In this document: in pieces, positions 30,147-41,186 of the stretch
Layout of the letters: each line of letters begins with the position of its first letter
How positions within the stretch are numbered: the stretch's first letter is position 1
DNA from: Syntrophorhabdaceae bacterium
GTDB taxonomy: Bacteria > Desulfobacterota > Syntrophorhabdia > Syntrophorhabdales > Syntrophorhabdaceae
Direction of reading: 5' to 3'
DNA: 64,000 nucleotides
NCBI GenBank assembly: GCA_963665295.1
Contig: OY762209.1
Span: forward strand, 4,032,001 to 4,096,000
Made by a program: the position numbers and the translations under genes
Notes under the pieces: generated by a model
Told to the model about the DNA's origin: nothing
The model's database searches: none
The model's input: only the letters and a program-made list of their open reading frames with translations

Positions 30147-31677
30147 AGCGAAGACCGGAGCAACCCCCCTCACCGACATAGTAAGGAAAGGCTCGATAAT
30201 CACCATAATTACGCTCATCAGCAGACCTATAGGCTATGTCCGGGAGGCTATTCAGGCCTACCTCTTCGGGGCCACTTTCCTTGTCGATGCCTTCATTGTG
30301 GCCTTCAATTTCCCCGAACTGATACAAACGCTCTTCTTTTCGGGAGCGACAAGCGCCTTCCTTATCCCCGTGTGTACGAGGTATATGAAGGACGATAGGG
30401 AGTATTCGGAGATATATTCCACTTTTATCAACCTTTCCATATTGTTGACCCTCTTTGTCTCGCTCCTGTTCCTGATATTCAGCAGCGGAATTGTGCACCT
30501 CATTGCACCGGGTTTTAGTCCCGAAGGGAAAAAGACCACCCAGTACCTCTTTATGATCATGATACCGGTCATTTCATTTCATACACTCCTCTCCATCATG
30601 AAGGCATTTCTCAATGCAAAAGATCATTTCGCGGCACCCGAGATATCCGGCGTGCTTTGGAATATAGTATTCATTCTTTGCGCCCTCACATTAAGCGGAA
30701 AGATAGGGATATACAGTCTTGCCGTGGGAGCAACCGTCGGCTCCATGCTTCAGATTGTCGTGCAGTTCCCCTATATAAGGAAGCTCCACATAACCTACAG
30801 ACCGGTGCTCTCCCTTGGGCACCCCTCCATAAGGGAGGCCAGGAACCTTTTCACGGGGGCCCTTATCGCCACATCGATAGTGCCGGTCAACAGTTTCGTG
30901 GGAAGGATTATCGCATCATACCTTCCCCACGGAGAGGTGGCTTCCCTCTCATACGCGTTCCGCATATTCGTCCTACCCTTTAGCCTCTTTGCCGTGCCCA
31001 TTTATACGGTTATGTTTTCCAAGGTCTCCCGCCTCTTCCATGACAGGAAATGGCAGGATATTTACGCCCACATGGACAGTTCCATAGTCCTTCTCTCCAT
31101 AACCCTGATCCCGTGCACGGTACTGCTTTGTTCTCTTGGCGACGCGTGCGTAAGAGTGCTGTACCAGAGGGGCGCTTTTACCGTTTACGACACCGCCCTC
31201 ACGGGAAGGGCGCTCATGGGCTACAGCGCGGGGTTGATCTTCTACGCCCTGTCCATCTCGTTCGTCAGGATATTCAACGCTCTCCACGATATGAGGACAC
31301 CTGCCATCGTCGGATTGTCTTCCATTGCCATGAACGCGCTCCTTGCCTACGCCCTGATGATACCTTTCAAGAACCTTGGTATTTCTCTTGCCACCTCGAT
31401 CGTTTCCCTTTACAACTTCCTTGTTCTCTTCATTCTTCTGAAAAAGAAGATAGGCTATGTTCCCGGAGTCTCTGCAAGGAAAAAGATCGTCAAATCCCTC
31501 GTCGCGGGCGTTATACTGTTTCCCCTCATACTGGCGGCGAAGTTTCTGGTCCACGGAAAAGCATATCCCTCCCTTTTTTGCGGTCTTGCACTCACTGTCG
31601 TGGTTTATGGTATTTTTTTCAGAAGCTATTACAGCGAACAATTACTGAGAAGGTTCCGGCCGGGCGGAAGGCCGTAA
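30127..31677 (+). CDS. murJ: lipid II flippase MurJ
   Basis: [33 protein letters not shown]; many TM segments. Confidence 0.92.
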   Translation: MEQKPSEAKTGATPLTDIVRKGSIITIITLISRPIGYVREAIQAYLFGATFLVDAFIVAFNFPELIQTLFFSGATSAFLIPVCTRYMKDDREYSEIYSTFINLSILLTLFVSLLFLIFSSGIVHLIAPGFSPEGKKTTQYLFMIMIPVISFHTLLSIMKAFLNAKDHFAAPEISGVLWNIVFILCALTLSGKIGIYSLAVGATVGSMLQIVVQFPYIRKLHITYRPVLSLGHPSIREARNLFTGALIATSIVPVNSFVGRIIASYLPHGEVASLSYAFRIFVLPFSLFAVPIYTVMFSKVSRLFHDRKWQDIYAHMDSSIVLLSITLIPCTVLLCSLGDACVRVLYQRGAFTVYDTALTGRALMGYSAGLIFYALSISFVRIFNALHDMRTPAIVGLSSIAMNALLAYALMIPFKNLGISLATSIVSLYNFLVLFILLKKKIGYVPGVSARKKIVKSLVAGVILFPLILAAKFLVHGKAYPSLFCGLALTVVVYGIFFRSYYSEQLLRRFRPGGRP

Positions 31678-31697
31678 GAGAATCCCCCGGAAGAGGG

Positions 31698-33842
31698 TTA
31701 CACGTACCACATCTCCATCTCAAAGTTCTCTGAAGGCACGTGGAGCGCGAGATAACCGCGCTTGGGGATCCTGTCCACTATCATCTCCTTGACCTTCAAA
31801 GAGGCCCATATTGCAATCTTATCGCCCCTTTGGGCGTCCAGCGCCTCAAAGGGGACCTCCAGTTCCAGGACATCCGAAAAAGCGATCCTTACAGGCAGGG
31901 AGCTCTCCACTGCCGCCCCTTTCATGCGATATGTGATTTTGCGGGTCTCCTTGGTGAGGAGGCTGATCTCAAAAGACACGTCGTCCATGTCCGCCACGAA
32001 ATCTTTATCGATGTCCATCCTTACATAGAGAGACCGCTCGTTAAACCCATAGTAAAAACCTTTGAGGAGCGGAGCGGCTTCGTGCATCGCCATACCGTGC
32101 CCTTTCCCCTCGACAAATCCCGCACCCATCCAGTCGAAATAGTTCGTTACCCTGCCGTCTATAAGAGGGTATATGAGGTTTATGGGCTCTCTCGTCGGTG
32201 TTATCTCCCTGTCTTCAAGGAGAATGGGGATATTGAGTATGTCCGGGGGCTCCTTTCCCAGAAAACGGTATGCGTTGGCGAGGTTTTCACGGAACAGGAA
32301 ATCGAACACCTCATCGTTCTCAGAGGAATGTTCGTCCCCGTACCACCAGAACCAGTCGCTGCCCTCCGCGATATAAATGGATTCCCACGCTTCCTTATTC
32401 GTCCTTCCAGGGTCCTCTTCCTCAAGAAAGTCTCTGGTCGTCGAGAGGAGCGTCCAGGCTGCGTTATCCTCGACATGACCGATCCATATGGCAAAATTGC
32501 GGGCAATCCACGAACCTGCGAAGCAATGCTGCAGAGTCCCGTAATCCCGTGACGATTCAAAGTACTCGGAGATCGTGACAGGCACGATGGCGCTGTCCTT
32601 CAGTATCCCCTCATAAAGATATTCCAGGAAATCCCTTCCATCGTTCTTGTAGTTTTCCCATGCGTTCTCCCCGTCCATGGCGATAGTGACAAGGGGTGTC
32701 TTAAGCCTGCCCTGCGCCGCTTCTCCTGCCCGCTTTATCCTCCTTACACAGTCCTCCGCCGCTTCCTTTGCATCCATCCGGGAATAGTGAAAAGAGATGA
32801 GGTCGGAAAGGTTCTTGTCCCTGAAGACCATGTTCAGGTGGCGCCCGTCCTTTTCGTACCTGTAAGGCCTGTAGAGCAGCTCGGGGTTCGAGATATATCC
32901 GTTCGCGTCCCGCCTGAGATCGACTTTCAGGCTCTCGAAGAGGATCTCTTCATCTGTGGCAATCCACTCGACTCCTTTACTCATATAAAGCTGCAACGCC
33001 TCATCGCTTACCGAACCCTCGGGCGGCCACATCCCTTTGGGCGTTGTCCCGAAGAGGTCCTGAAAAAGGGCGATCGCCTCATCGATCTGGCGGGCCGCGT
33101 CTTCAGGCCTTGTAAGCAGCTTCTCAGGCAACTCGACATTCGGCATCGCTTCTCTTGCCGCCCTGCTGTCGATAAGCAACGGTATTATGGGGTGATAAAA
33201 AGGCGAGGTCGATATCTCCATTGCACCTTTTACGGAAAGCTCTTTGTACAGGGGCACGGTGGCCTTGAGTATCTTCTTCTGCGCCTCCTCGATTACCTTC
33301 TTGTCTTCCTGGTTGAATCCCCTCCCCTTGGCCGCAATCTGCCTCAGGTCGTCATAAAGGTTGATAAAAACAGGGTCTATCCATGAGAGGAAGAAGAACA
33401 CCTGAATATCTCTCAGCTCGTCGTTGGTGAAATAATTGACTATACCGCCGATGCCTTCCTTGGGATAATAGAAACCTCTCTTCGCGAGAAGCTCGTAGTA
33501 CCGCGGATAGGGTTTGATCATATTTTCCCAGCTTGAGTTGAAAAAATTCATCAAGAGGAATATCTTCTCGTTCCGGGATAAATCCTTCGGTTCCTTTCTG
33601 AACACCTCGAGGTACTGGTCTCTCGCACTTCCATTCTCGTAATCGAACATTTGGACCAGAAGGGACGGAACAAGGTTGAAGTTCTGCTTCAACCCGTCAA
33701 ACTGCTTCAGAAGAAGGGCCATATCGCAGTAATCCTTCGTGCCGTGCAAAAGGACCCAGGGAAGCAGATATTCCCCGGTATGCATATTCTTGTAATATGG
33801 CTGGTGCATATGCCAGAGAAAAGAGAGGTAAACAGGCTCCAT
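31698..33842 (-). CDS. glycoside hydrolase family 57 (amylopullulanase-like)
   Basis: WHMHQPYY, PFYHPIIPLL, GMWPPEG, DGENAWE, AEGSDWFWW. Confidence 0.92.
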   Translation of the reverse strand: MEPVYLSFLWHMHQPYYKNMHTGEYLLPWVLLHGTKDYCDMALLLKQFDGLKQNFNLVPSLLVQMFDYENGSARDQYLEVFRKEPKDLSRNEKIFLLMNFFNSSWENMIKPYPRYYELLAKRGFYYPKEGIGGIVNYFTNDELRDIQVFFFLSWIDPVFINLYDDLRQIAAKGRGFNQEDKKVIEEAQKKILKATVPLYKELSVKGAMEISTSPFYHPIIPLLIDSRAAREAMPNVELPEKLLTRPEDAARQIDEAIALFQDLFGTTPKGMWPPEGSVSDEALQLYMSKGVEWIATDEEILFESLKVDLRRDANGYISNPELLYRPYRYEKDGRHLNMVFRDKNLSDLISFHYSRMDAKEAAEDCVRRIKRAGEAAQGRLKTPLVTIAMDGENAWENYKNDGRDFLEYLYEGILKDSAIVPVTISEYFESSRDYGTLQHCFAGSWIARNFAIWIGHVEDNAAWTLLSTTRDFLEEEDPGRTNKEAWESIYIAEGSDWFWWYGDEHSSENDEVFDFLFRENLANAYRFLGKEPPDILNIPILLEDREITPTREPINLIYPLIDGRVTNYFDWMGAGFVEGKGHGMAMHEAAPLLKGFYYGFNERSLYVRMDIDKDFVADMDDVSFEISLLTKETRKITYRMKGAAVESSLPVRIAFSDVLELEVPFEALDAQRGDKIAIWASLKVKEMIVDRIPKRGYLALHVPSENFEMEMWYV

Positions 33843-34322
33843 TTACCCCACTCTCAGAAGGGTGAATCGTACCGTGCCGTCGATCTCCATAATGCCCGCC
33901 GTGCCCGGTTTTCCCATGCCGCCCCTGAAGGAACCGGGATTAAAGAGATGGACGCCATTTCTCACGGTATTCAAAGGGATGTGGGAATGTCCGAATAGTA
34001 TCACATCCACACCTTCAAACTCCCTGAACACCAGATCCTCGATACCGGCGGCGTTCCCCCTTCCATGGATAATTCCGATGGCTTTACCTCCCACGTTCTC
34101 TATTCTTTTTTCGGGCAGGAGGGCCTTTAGGCCGAAGTCATCCATATTGCCCCTCACGGCCTTCAGTTCCCAATTGGAGAGAAAGTCATGGACCTCCACG
34201 GAGGTCATATCCCCCGCGTGGACCAACATGTCCACGTGGTGGAATAAGGTTGCCGTGATTTTCCTGAAATCATCCGTCGCAGCGGAGAGATGTGTGTCGG
34301 AGAGAATGCCGATACGTACCAT
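33843..34322 (-). CDS. YfcE-type metallophosphoesterase
   Basis: SDTH, HAGD, GNMD, GHSH, NPGS. Confidence 0.92.
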   Translation of the reverse strand: MVRIGILSDTHLSAATDDFRKITATLFHHVDMLVHAGDMTSVEVHDFLSNWELKAVRGNMDDFGLKALLPEKRIENVGGKAIGIIHGRGNAAGIEDLVFREFEGVDVILFGHSHIPLNTVRNGVHLFNPGSFRGGMGKPGTAGIMEIDGTVRFTLLRVG

Positions 34323-34403
34323 ATTGCATTACTTTATGCGAAAAAACCTTACATGTCAATGAGCCAAATTGACATGAGGAGTCCAGGAATGGTAAAGTTA
34401 CGC

Positions 34404-35585
34404 GTGAAGTTCATCGGTACGCTCCATAAGAAGTTCTACATATATCTTCTGAAGGAATTATCATACATTTTCCTTCTGTCTTTGGGCATTCTCACGTTTA
34501 TCATGGTCCTGAGCAAGATCGGAAAACTTGCAGACTTTGTGGTGAACAAGGGCGTGGAGATTAAGGACATTATCCTCCTCATAGTCTACTCGTCACCTCC
34601 GTACCTCACGTTCACCCTGCCCATGGCATTCCTGCTTTCCTCCATAGTGGTGCTCGGGAGGCTCTCTACCGAAAATGAGATACTTGCCCTTAAGGCGAGC
34701 GGCATCAACCTGAGGTGCCTTTTCGTCCCCATGCTCTCCATCGGATTGCTGATCACCTTTTTCGGGCTGATAAACGCAAGCATCCTGCTGCCCAGGTGTG
34801 GTGTCCTGTTCAAGGATACCCTCCTAAATATCGTGAAGAAGGGTATAAGTCTCGACGATAAGGAGGGTGCTTTCAACGACACCCTTCCCGGTATCGTGGT
34901 TTACATAGACAAAGTCAATACCAAAGATAAGTTCCTCACAGGCATACTGGTGGCGGACGACAGGGACAAGGATGTAAAACAGACCATATCCGCAAGCAAA
35001 GGTATCATCAACCTCGATCCCAACACCCTTGACCTTGCCTTTATACTCGAAAACGGCAACCTTCACCGTTGGGAAAAGAAAGACGATACCTACAAGAACG
35101 TTTCCTTCAAGAATTACACGTTCATAATGAACCTCGGGCAGGTGTTGCCCTACAATGTGCCTCTGCGAAAAAGGCCTTTTGAGATGGATTATAAGGAACT
35201 GAACGACGCCCTCGCAAAGACGCAGAATCCGGATGACAGGTACGATCTGCTCCTTGAGGTCTATAAGAAGACCTCCATCCCCCTTTCCTCCCTCGCGTTC
35301 ATATTCCTTACCGTGCCCCTGGGCATCAAAAGGAGGGTTGAGGGCAAGTTCTCAGGCGCCCTCTATAGTCTTCTTCTCTTTATCTTTTACTATTTGCTTA
35401 TGGCCGTGACAGACAGCGTGGGAAAAACCACTCATCTCCCCGCCCTTATCTCCGCCTTCCTGCCGAATACTGCTATTGCCCTTCTGGGCCTGTATCTCGC
35501 CAGAGGACTCAATTACGAGGACCAGGCGGGAGCCGCATGGAAAATCAGACAACTATGGGTTTATTGCCTTGAAAAGACTAAATAA
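34404..35585 (+). CDS. lptF: LPS export permease LptF
   Basis: LPMAFL, GRLSTENEILALKASG; paired with second permease; start uncertain (34389 or 34404). Confidence 0.85.
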   Translation: MKFIGTLHKKFYIYLLKELSYIFLLSLGILTFIMVLSKIGKLADFVVNKGVEIKDIILLIVYSSPPYLTFTLPMAFLLSSIVVLGRLSTENEILALKASGINLRCLFVPMLSIGLLITFFGLINASILLPRCGVLFKDTLLNIVKKGISLDDKEGAFNDTLPGIVVYIDKVNTKDKFLTGILVADDRDKDVKQTISASKGIINLDPNTLDLAFILENGNLHRWEKKDDTYKNVSFKNYTFIMNLGQVLPYNVPLRKRPFEMDYKELNDALAKTQNPDDRYDLLLEVYKKTSIPLSSLAFIFLTVPLGIKRRVEGKFSGALYSLLLFIFYYLLMAVTDSVGKTTHLPALISAFLPNTAIALLGLYLARGLNYEDQAGAAWKIRQLWVYCLEKTK

Positions 35586-36648
35586 ATACCTTATCTGGAA
35601 CGCACTGAAGATTCTCGCCATCACCGAACTTGCGGGAATGGTCATGTTCGTGAACATCGAGTTTTTCGAACATATGGATATCTTTACGTCATCTTTCAAT
35701 AATTTCATGCTCAGTATCGCCTATCTTATCCTGAAGGCGCCTTATTACTTCAACCTCATACTTCCCCTCGCATTCCTCATATCCATGCTTATACTACTCA
35801 TGATCATGATACGAGGGAACGAAATGATAGTAGTGAGAACCTCCGGCATAAGCACGCTTTCCCTTATGAAACCTTTGGCGGCTTTCTCTCTTGTACTGAT
35901 GATATTCTCTTTCGTCCTCTCGGAGTGGGTCATACCCGTGGCGGCAAACGGGTCCGAGTACCTCTACCGGACAAAAATAAAGAAGGAGGAATCCTACGTT
36001 TTCTTCAAGAACGACAGGATATGGTTTAAGAGAGACAACTGGATCAATAATATAGATTATTTCGATAACAAAAAGGATGTGATACGGGGTCTCACAGTTA
36101 TAGAGTTGTCCCCGGACTACACCATTAAAAGACGGTTTGACGCAAAAGAGGGGGCATGGAAAGACGGCGCCTGGACTTTTACGGATGTGTCCGAAAGGAC
36201 CTTCGGGGCCAATGGGATCATCTCGAAAAAGACCTATCGGAAACTGAATAACCTTATCGCCGAGCCACCCTCCGTCTTCAAGATTGCGGAAAAGAACCCG
36301 GAGGAGATGGGATATGGCGAACTCTCCAGGTATATTAAACGCCTGAAACTCGACGGCCATGACGTGAAGAGATATCTCGTCGATCTGCACAGCAAGATCT
36401 CTTTCCCTTTCATCAATCTTATCATGGTTTTTGCGGCCTTCTCCGTCGGCCTGAGGTACACCAAAACAAAGCATATATCAAAAGGGATATTTGCGGGGAT
36501 GTCGCTCGGCATTTTTTACTGGTTCCTCCACTCCGTCTCCTTGTCTCTCGGTTACTCCGAGATATTTCCGCCCCTTTTTGCCGCATGGTTTTCAAATCTC
36601 ATATTTTTTTCTTTTGGTGTTATTGGAATTGTTACACTGAGAACTTAG
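35569..36648 (+). CDS. lptG: LPS export permease LptG
   Basis: NEMIVVRTSGIS, KISFPF, PPLFAAWFSN; TTG start inferred. Confidence 0.85.
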   Translation: MKRLNKYLIWNALKILAITELAGMVMFVNIEFFEHMDIFTSSFNNFMLSIAYLILKAPYYFNLILPLAFLISMLILLMIMIRGNEMIVVRTSGISTLSLMKPLAAFSLVLMIFSFVLSEWVIPVAANGSEYLYRTKIKKEESYVFFKNDRIWFKRDNWINNIDYFDNKKDVIRGLTVIELSPDYTIKRRFDAKEGAWKDGAWTFTDVSERTFGANGIISKKTYRKLNNLIAEPPSVFKIAEKNPEEMGYGELSRYIKRLKLDGHDVKRYLVDLHSKISFPFINLIMVFAAFSVGLRYTKTKHISKGIFAGMSLGIFYWFLHSVSLSLGYSEIFPPLFAAWFSNLIFFSFGVIGIVTLRT

Positions 36649-36687
36649 TAACTTAAACTATAGAGAAAGGTAAAAAGGTGTTTTACA

Positions 36688-37167
36688 GTGAAAGCGTATC
36701 TTGATATCGAAACGGACAGGAACGGTAATATTTGCGTGATAGGCATACACACGGAGCCAAGCGGTTTTGTCCAATGGCACGGGGAAAACATCAATACGGA
36801 CGACATTGAAAGAGAGCTTCAACGAGCGAGCACTATCGTTACATTTAACGGAGACAGTTTCGATCTCCCCACGATAAAGAAGTACCTGAATATCGACCTC
36901 AAGGAGATGTGCAGCTCCAGGGACCTCTTCAAACTGAAAAAGAGGCTGGGCATCAGCGGCGGACTTAAGGACCTCGAGAAGATGTTCGGCATAAAAAGGA
37001 AGACGGAAGGCATAGACGGATACAAGGCAGTGTTACTCTGGGAACGATATATGAGGCGCGGCAGGCCCGACGACCTGAGCCTCCTCCTCGAATACAACAA
37101 GGAAGACGTGCTGAATCTCATCCCTCTTGAAGAAAAACTCGATGAACTCAGGGCGGGGATACGTTGA
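36688..37167 (+). CDS. RNase H-like (YprB/DEDD) exonuclease domain protein
   Basis: YLDIET, TFNGDSFDLP, GGLK, YNKEDV. Confidence 0.82.
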   Translation: MKAYLDIETDRNGNICVIGIHTEPSGFVQWHGENINTDDIERELQRASTIVTFNGDSFDLPTIKKYLNIDLKEMCSSRDLFKLKKRLGISGGLKDLEKMFGIKRKTEGIDGYKAVLLWERYMRRGRPDDLSLLLEYNKEDVLNLIPLEEKLDELRAGIR

Positions 37168-37868
37168 TGCGCCCCTTCACCATTGACTCGGCATATAACA
37201 AGATAAGCGCGATCATGACATTCCCCGAATCAGGGAAAGCACCCTGGCCCTGCGTTGTCCTTTCCCACGGCCTGATAAGCTCGAAGATGAGTTCGAAGTA
37301 TATCGCCCTTTCGGAGAGATTTGCAGCCGCGGGCACCGCATCGTGCAGATTCGATTACCACGGGTGCGGAGAGAGCGGCGGCGACATCAGGGAGACTACC
37401 CTTACCATCAGGCTCGAAAATCTTGACAGAATCGTGAGCTACGCCCGCACCCTGCCCGAGATAGACCCCGAGAGGCTGGGGATACTGGGAGCCAGTTTCG
37501 GTGCGGCCACGTGTATCGTCAAGGCATCAATGGACTCACGGTTAAAATGCGTATCTCCATGGGCAACACCTTACATACTGGAGAAGACTTCCGATAGGAT
37601 AGATGACGTTGCCTTCCACGACGCCCTCTACACCGATTTTGCACGGTACGATATACTATCCGCAGCGGAAAAGGTTTCCCACGCCCTCGTCATCCACGGC
37701 GACGCCGACGAGGTAGTTCCGTGCGGCGAAGGGAAGGCTATCTATGAACATTTCCGGGAGCCGAAACGGCTGGAGATCATACACGGCGGGGACCATATCC
37801 TCTCCGTTCCCGACCACAGGGAGCGGGCCATCAGCCTCGCGGTGGAATGGTTCGGGAAATACCTCTGA
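37164..37868 (+). CDS. alpha/beta hydrolase
   Basis: SHG, FDYHGCGES, GASFG nucleophile, HGDADEVV, GGDH. Confidence 0.88.
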   Translation: MMRPFTIDSAYNKISAIMTFPESGKAPWPCVVLSHGLISSKMSSKYIALSERFAAAGTASCRFDYHGCGESGGDIRETTLTIRLENLDRIVSYARTLPEIDPERLGILGASFGAATCIVKASMDSRLKCVSPWATPYILEKTSDRIDDVAFHDALYTDFARYDILSAAEKVSHALVIHGDADEVVPCGEGKAIYEHFREPKRLEIIHGGDHILSVPDHRERAISLAVEWFGKYL

Positions 37869-37895
37869 GGATGAAGTTTAACTCTTACAGGGCCT

Positions 37896-38579
37896 TCAAT
37901 ATGGCCCTTTCTTCTTCTCGCTGCGCTCTTTGACCTTTTCCTTAATCAAATCACCTACCACGTGACTCAAGCCTATGCCCAGTGCGAGGGAAAGAGTCAT
38001 GATAATCCCCCCGAATATTATAAGAAAACTTATGGTTATGATGGTGTTTCCCAGGCCCATATACTCGAATACGATCCCGAAAGTGATGATTATGAGGAAT
38101 ATCCTGACCCCTTTTGCTATGAGATCGCCGTATCTCACGTTGGCGTTCTCACAGGTCATATAGATAACCCGGTTGATAAAGTTGCTGAATATCAATCCGA
38201 AAATGATAATCACCAGAGATACCGCGATATTCGGTAATGCGCTGGAAATCTTCGACGTATACTCCGAAAATTGGGAAATCCCGATAAAATTCAATCCGAA
38301 AGAAAAAAAGGCCACTATGAAAATCCAATAGGCAATCTTCCCGATAATCACGGAAGGCAGAATCTTGACCCCTCCTTTTTCAAGAAAGTTGGTGATCCCT
38401 ACCTCCTGCGCCCATTTGTCAAACCGGAAAAGCATGAGAAGTTTTACGAGGACCTTTTTTATGAACCAGCTTATGATGAACCCCATGGCCATCACGATGA
38501 TCATAACTATGATGTTAAGGAATACCTCCGTGAAGTTTTCATAGAGGTCGATAAACATATCCTTGAGGAACTCTTTCAT
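37896..38579 (-). CDS. membrane protein with MscS-associated conserved TM helices (CmpX-like)
   Basis: multiple TM segments, LPNI motif, LALGIG C-terminus. Confidence 0.65.
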   Translation of the reverse strand: MKEFLKDMFIDLYENFTEVFLNIIVMIIVMAMGFIISWFIKKVLVKLLMLFRFDKWAQEVGITNFLEKGGVKILPSVIIGKIAYWIFIVAFFSFGLNFIGISQFSEYTSKISSALPNIAVSLVIIIFGLIFSNFINRVIYMTCENANVRYGDLIAKGVRIFLIIITFGIVFEYMGLGNTIITISFLIIFGGIIMTLSLALGIGLSHVVGDLIKEKVKERSEKKKGPY

Positions 38580-38921
38580 GGGTCAAATCTTATTAGATGT
38601 CCAGGTCTATGTCAACCAAAAAGGGTGACAAATAAACCCTCTTTCTCTTTTTGACGGAATATGCCCTGTCCTGTCCGCCGGCCGGGCACGCGGCGTCCCT
38701 CCCGCGGTCTCAGCGCTCCATTACAGCCCGGCCGGCGCGCGCCATCAGACCCTCCCGACAAATATACCACGCTGATTCCACCCACTCCAACGGATGGAAA
38801 TATAAGCCGATTACCACTTACATTGCAGTCATGGGCATTTTTTCGCCTTCACTTTTCTATTGACTTTCAGCCCATATTTGTTTAGGAAATTCAAAACAAA
38901 AGGAAAGGAGGTAAGATACAT

Positions 38922-39095
38922 ATGCCCGCGAAAATCGATGTGGAAAGCTGCACAGGATGTGGAGCATGCGCTGAGGTTTGTCCTGCTGATGCAATAGCAG
39001 TTGACGATACCGCGAAGGTTGACTCCGAGCTTTGCACGGAGTGCGGGGCTTGCGTAGAAGAATGCCCCGTAGAAGCCATAACCCTGGATGAATGA
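38922..39095 (+). CDS. 2[4Fe-4S] ferredoxin (57 aa)
   Basis: Manual translation MPAKIDVESCTGCGACAEVCPADAI...CTECGACVEECPVEAITLDE; AAGGAGG RBS; below ORF-track cutoff. Confidence 0.95.
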   Translation: MPAKIDVESCTGCGACAEVCPADAIAVDDTAKVDSELCTECGACVEECPVEAITLDE

Positions 39096-39110
39096 GCTTG
39101 TTTCCTGAAA

Positions 39111-39144
39111 ACATAAAAGGATGGGCGAGCCCATCCTTTTATGT
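39111..39144. terminator. bidirectional intrinsic terminator between convergent ferredoxin and Fe-S oxidoreductase
   Basis: ACATAAAAGGATGGG-CGAG-CCCATCCTTTTATGT perfect 15-bp stem. Confidence 0.85.
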
Positions 39145-39164
39145 CCCAACATCTTATTTTCTTC

Positions 39165-41186
39165 TTATAACCCTTTAACGACGATCTCCGAAATATCAAG
39201 AGCCTTCATAGTTTCGCTCTTCTCCTTGTCTTTGATCGCATCTTCCATCATGATCAAGCAGTACGGACAACCTGTGATGACAGTATTCGCCGAAATCTCT
39301 ATGGCTTCGTCCATTCTTGCGTGGTTTATTCTCTTGTGATGCTCTTCCATCCATATTCTACCGCCGCCGCCGCCGCAGCAGAACCCTTCATTGTGATTGC
39401 GCCCAAGCTCAACGAATGATCCCTTGTTGACCTGTTTTACCACTTCTCTCGGGGCATCGAAAATCTGGTTGACCCTTCCAAGGTAGCAAGGATCGTGGTA
39501 TGTGGTAATACCCTCGAGGGTCGGGCTGATCGATATTTTACCCTGGCGGGCCAGCATGGCAATGAACTCCGTGTGATGGTACACTTCGAAATTGCCTCCC
39601 AGTTGCGGGTAATCATTCTTCAGCGTGTTGTAGCAGTGCGGACACGCAGTAATGATCTTCTTCACGCCCAATTCGTTCAGAAGGCCGACATTGCCTTCAG
39701 CAATCTCCTGGTACTGGTACTCATTTCCGGTTCTCCGTAACGGATCGCCGCAGCATTTCTCATCCGGACCGAGCACGCCGAAGGAGACGCCGGCCTTTTG
39801 CAGGATTGTGGCAACCGACTTCGCTATCTTCCTGTTCCTGTCGTCGAGGGACGCCACGCATCCAACCCAATAGAGGTATTCAACTTCTTCCTCACCGGCC
39901 TTCTTGATTTCCATACCTTCTGCCCACTCAAGCCTCTGACTCTTACCCATACCGTAAGGATCGGATCTCTGCTGGAGGTTCTTATAAAGGAGTTTCAGTT
40001 CGGAACCCACCTGGCTTAAGGTCATGATGAGATACCGTCTCATTTCGATATTCTTGTCGAAGGTAGGGATGGACACAGGGCAGTTCACCTGGCAGGAAAG
40101 ACATGCGGTACATGACCAGAGTGTTTCTTCCTGAATCACGTTGTCGATGATGCCGTCTTCGTTCTTTATCCCTACAGCTGCCTTCTCCCATTCACCCTTC
40201 AGATCCTGAATGAGCTTCTTGGGCGAAAGAGGTTTCTCGGTCAAGTACGCCGGGCAACGGGCCTGACACCTGCCGCACCTTGTACACGCGTCAAAGTCAA
40301 GCATCTGTCTCCATGTAAAGCCTTCAATCGCATTGATGCCGAATTCTTCCGCATTCTCGAAATCTTCAATTGCGGTAATGGCACCTCTCGGAGCATCCTC
40401 CACACCCCTGAAAAGCATGTTGAGGGATGATGTTATTATATGGAGCAGTCTCGAGTATGCTATGTATGCAATAAGCCCGAAAGAGAGCAGCATGTGTATA
40501 TACCAGAGCACTGCGTGGGGAAGATACTCCACTTTGTGTGTGGTAAGAGCAATGCTCTGCGCGGGGGCGGGAAAGATGGACGATACGGCCCAGCCCACAA
40601 AACTCCAGACTTCGTAAGGTTCCTGGGTTGCTGCTATTCTTGCGCCTTCAACGAGAAAACCGGTGACAAGCACCGCAAGTATCCAGACCAGCGTAATTGC
40701 ATCATCGGGCTTGTTGTCCAGTCTGTCGGGCTTGGTGACATATCTTCTGAATATCGCCATGAGGATGCCGACGATTGCGACGAGTCCTGCAAGGTCAAGA
40801 AGGAATGAAAAGATCAGGTAAAACTCCCCTTTAATAAACTCAACGCCGAAAATAAGCTTTATTACGTCATCCTGCAACGCAACGAGTGCGGTGCCGATGG
40901 AGAGTACCAGAAATCCCCAGAATATAAAAAGATGCATAAATCCGGGATACCCCTCTCTGGCCCTCAGAATGGTGGCGTGAAATATTCCGCTCTTTACGAA
41001 ATATCCAATCCTCTCGCCCAGTTTTTCCTTGAAATTTATGGGGGCGCTCTTGCCCATCATCCACATCGCGTACCGCTTCTTCAAGCCCATGATGAGCACA
41101 ATGAATGTTATGATCATCAGCGCATACGTTATCCAGCGCGCCGCCTCCCCAGCATTCCACAGGATCTCTCTCCCAATTTCCATCAT
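39165..41186 (-). CDS. membrane-bound Fe-S oxidoreductase (NarI-like TM + 2x[4Fe-4S] + two CCG/DUF224 domains; FadF/EMO-like)
   Basis: TM region with His residues; CTRCGRCQARCP, CTACLSCQVNCP; KCCGDP, YHDPCYLGR, FCCGGGGG. Confidence 0.88.
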   Translation of the reverse strand: MMEIGREILWNAGEAARWITYALMIITFIVLIMGLKKRYAMWMMGKSAPINFKEKLGERIGYFVKSGIFHATILRAREGYPGFMHLFIFWGFLVLSIGTALVALQDDVIKLIFGVEFIKGEFYLIFSFLLDLAGLVAIVGILMAIFRRYVTKPDRLDNKPDDAITLVWILAVLVTGFLVEGARIAATQEPYEVWSFVGWAVSSIFPAPAQSIALTTHKVEYLPHAVLWYIHMLLSFGLIAYIAYSRLLHIITSSLNMLFRGVEDAPRGAITAIEDFENAEEFGINAIEGFTWRQMLDFDACTRCGRCQARCPAYLTEKPLSPKKLIQDLKGEWEKAAVGIKNEDGIIDNVIQEETLWSCTACLSCQVNCPVSIPTFDKNIEMRRYLIMTLSQVGSELKLLYKNLQQRSDPYGMGKSQRLEWAEGMEIKKAGEEEVEYLYWVGCVASLDDRNRKIAKSVATILQKAGVSFGVLGPDEKCCGDPLRRTGNEYQYQEIAEGNVGLLNELGVKKIITACPHCYNTLKNDYPQLGGNFEVYHHTEFIAMLARQGKISISPTLEGITTYHDPCYLGRVNQIFDAPREVVKQVNKGSFVELGRNHNEGFCCGGGGGRIWMEEHHKRINHARMDEAIEISANTVITGCPYCLIMMEDAIKDKEKSETMKALDISEIVVKGL

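Noticed and set aside
38829..39199. Three short minus-strand ORFs
   Set aside because: Antisense to the real 57-aa ferredoxin
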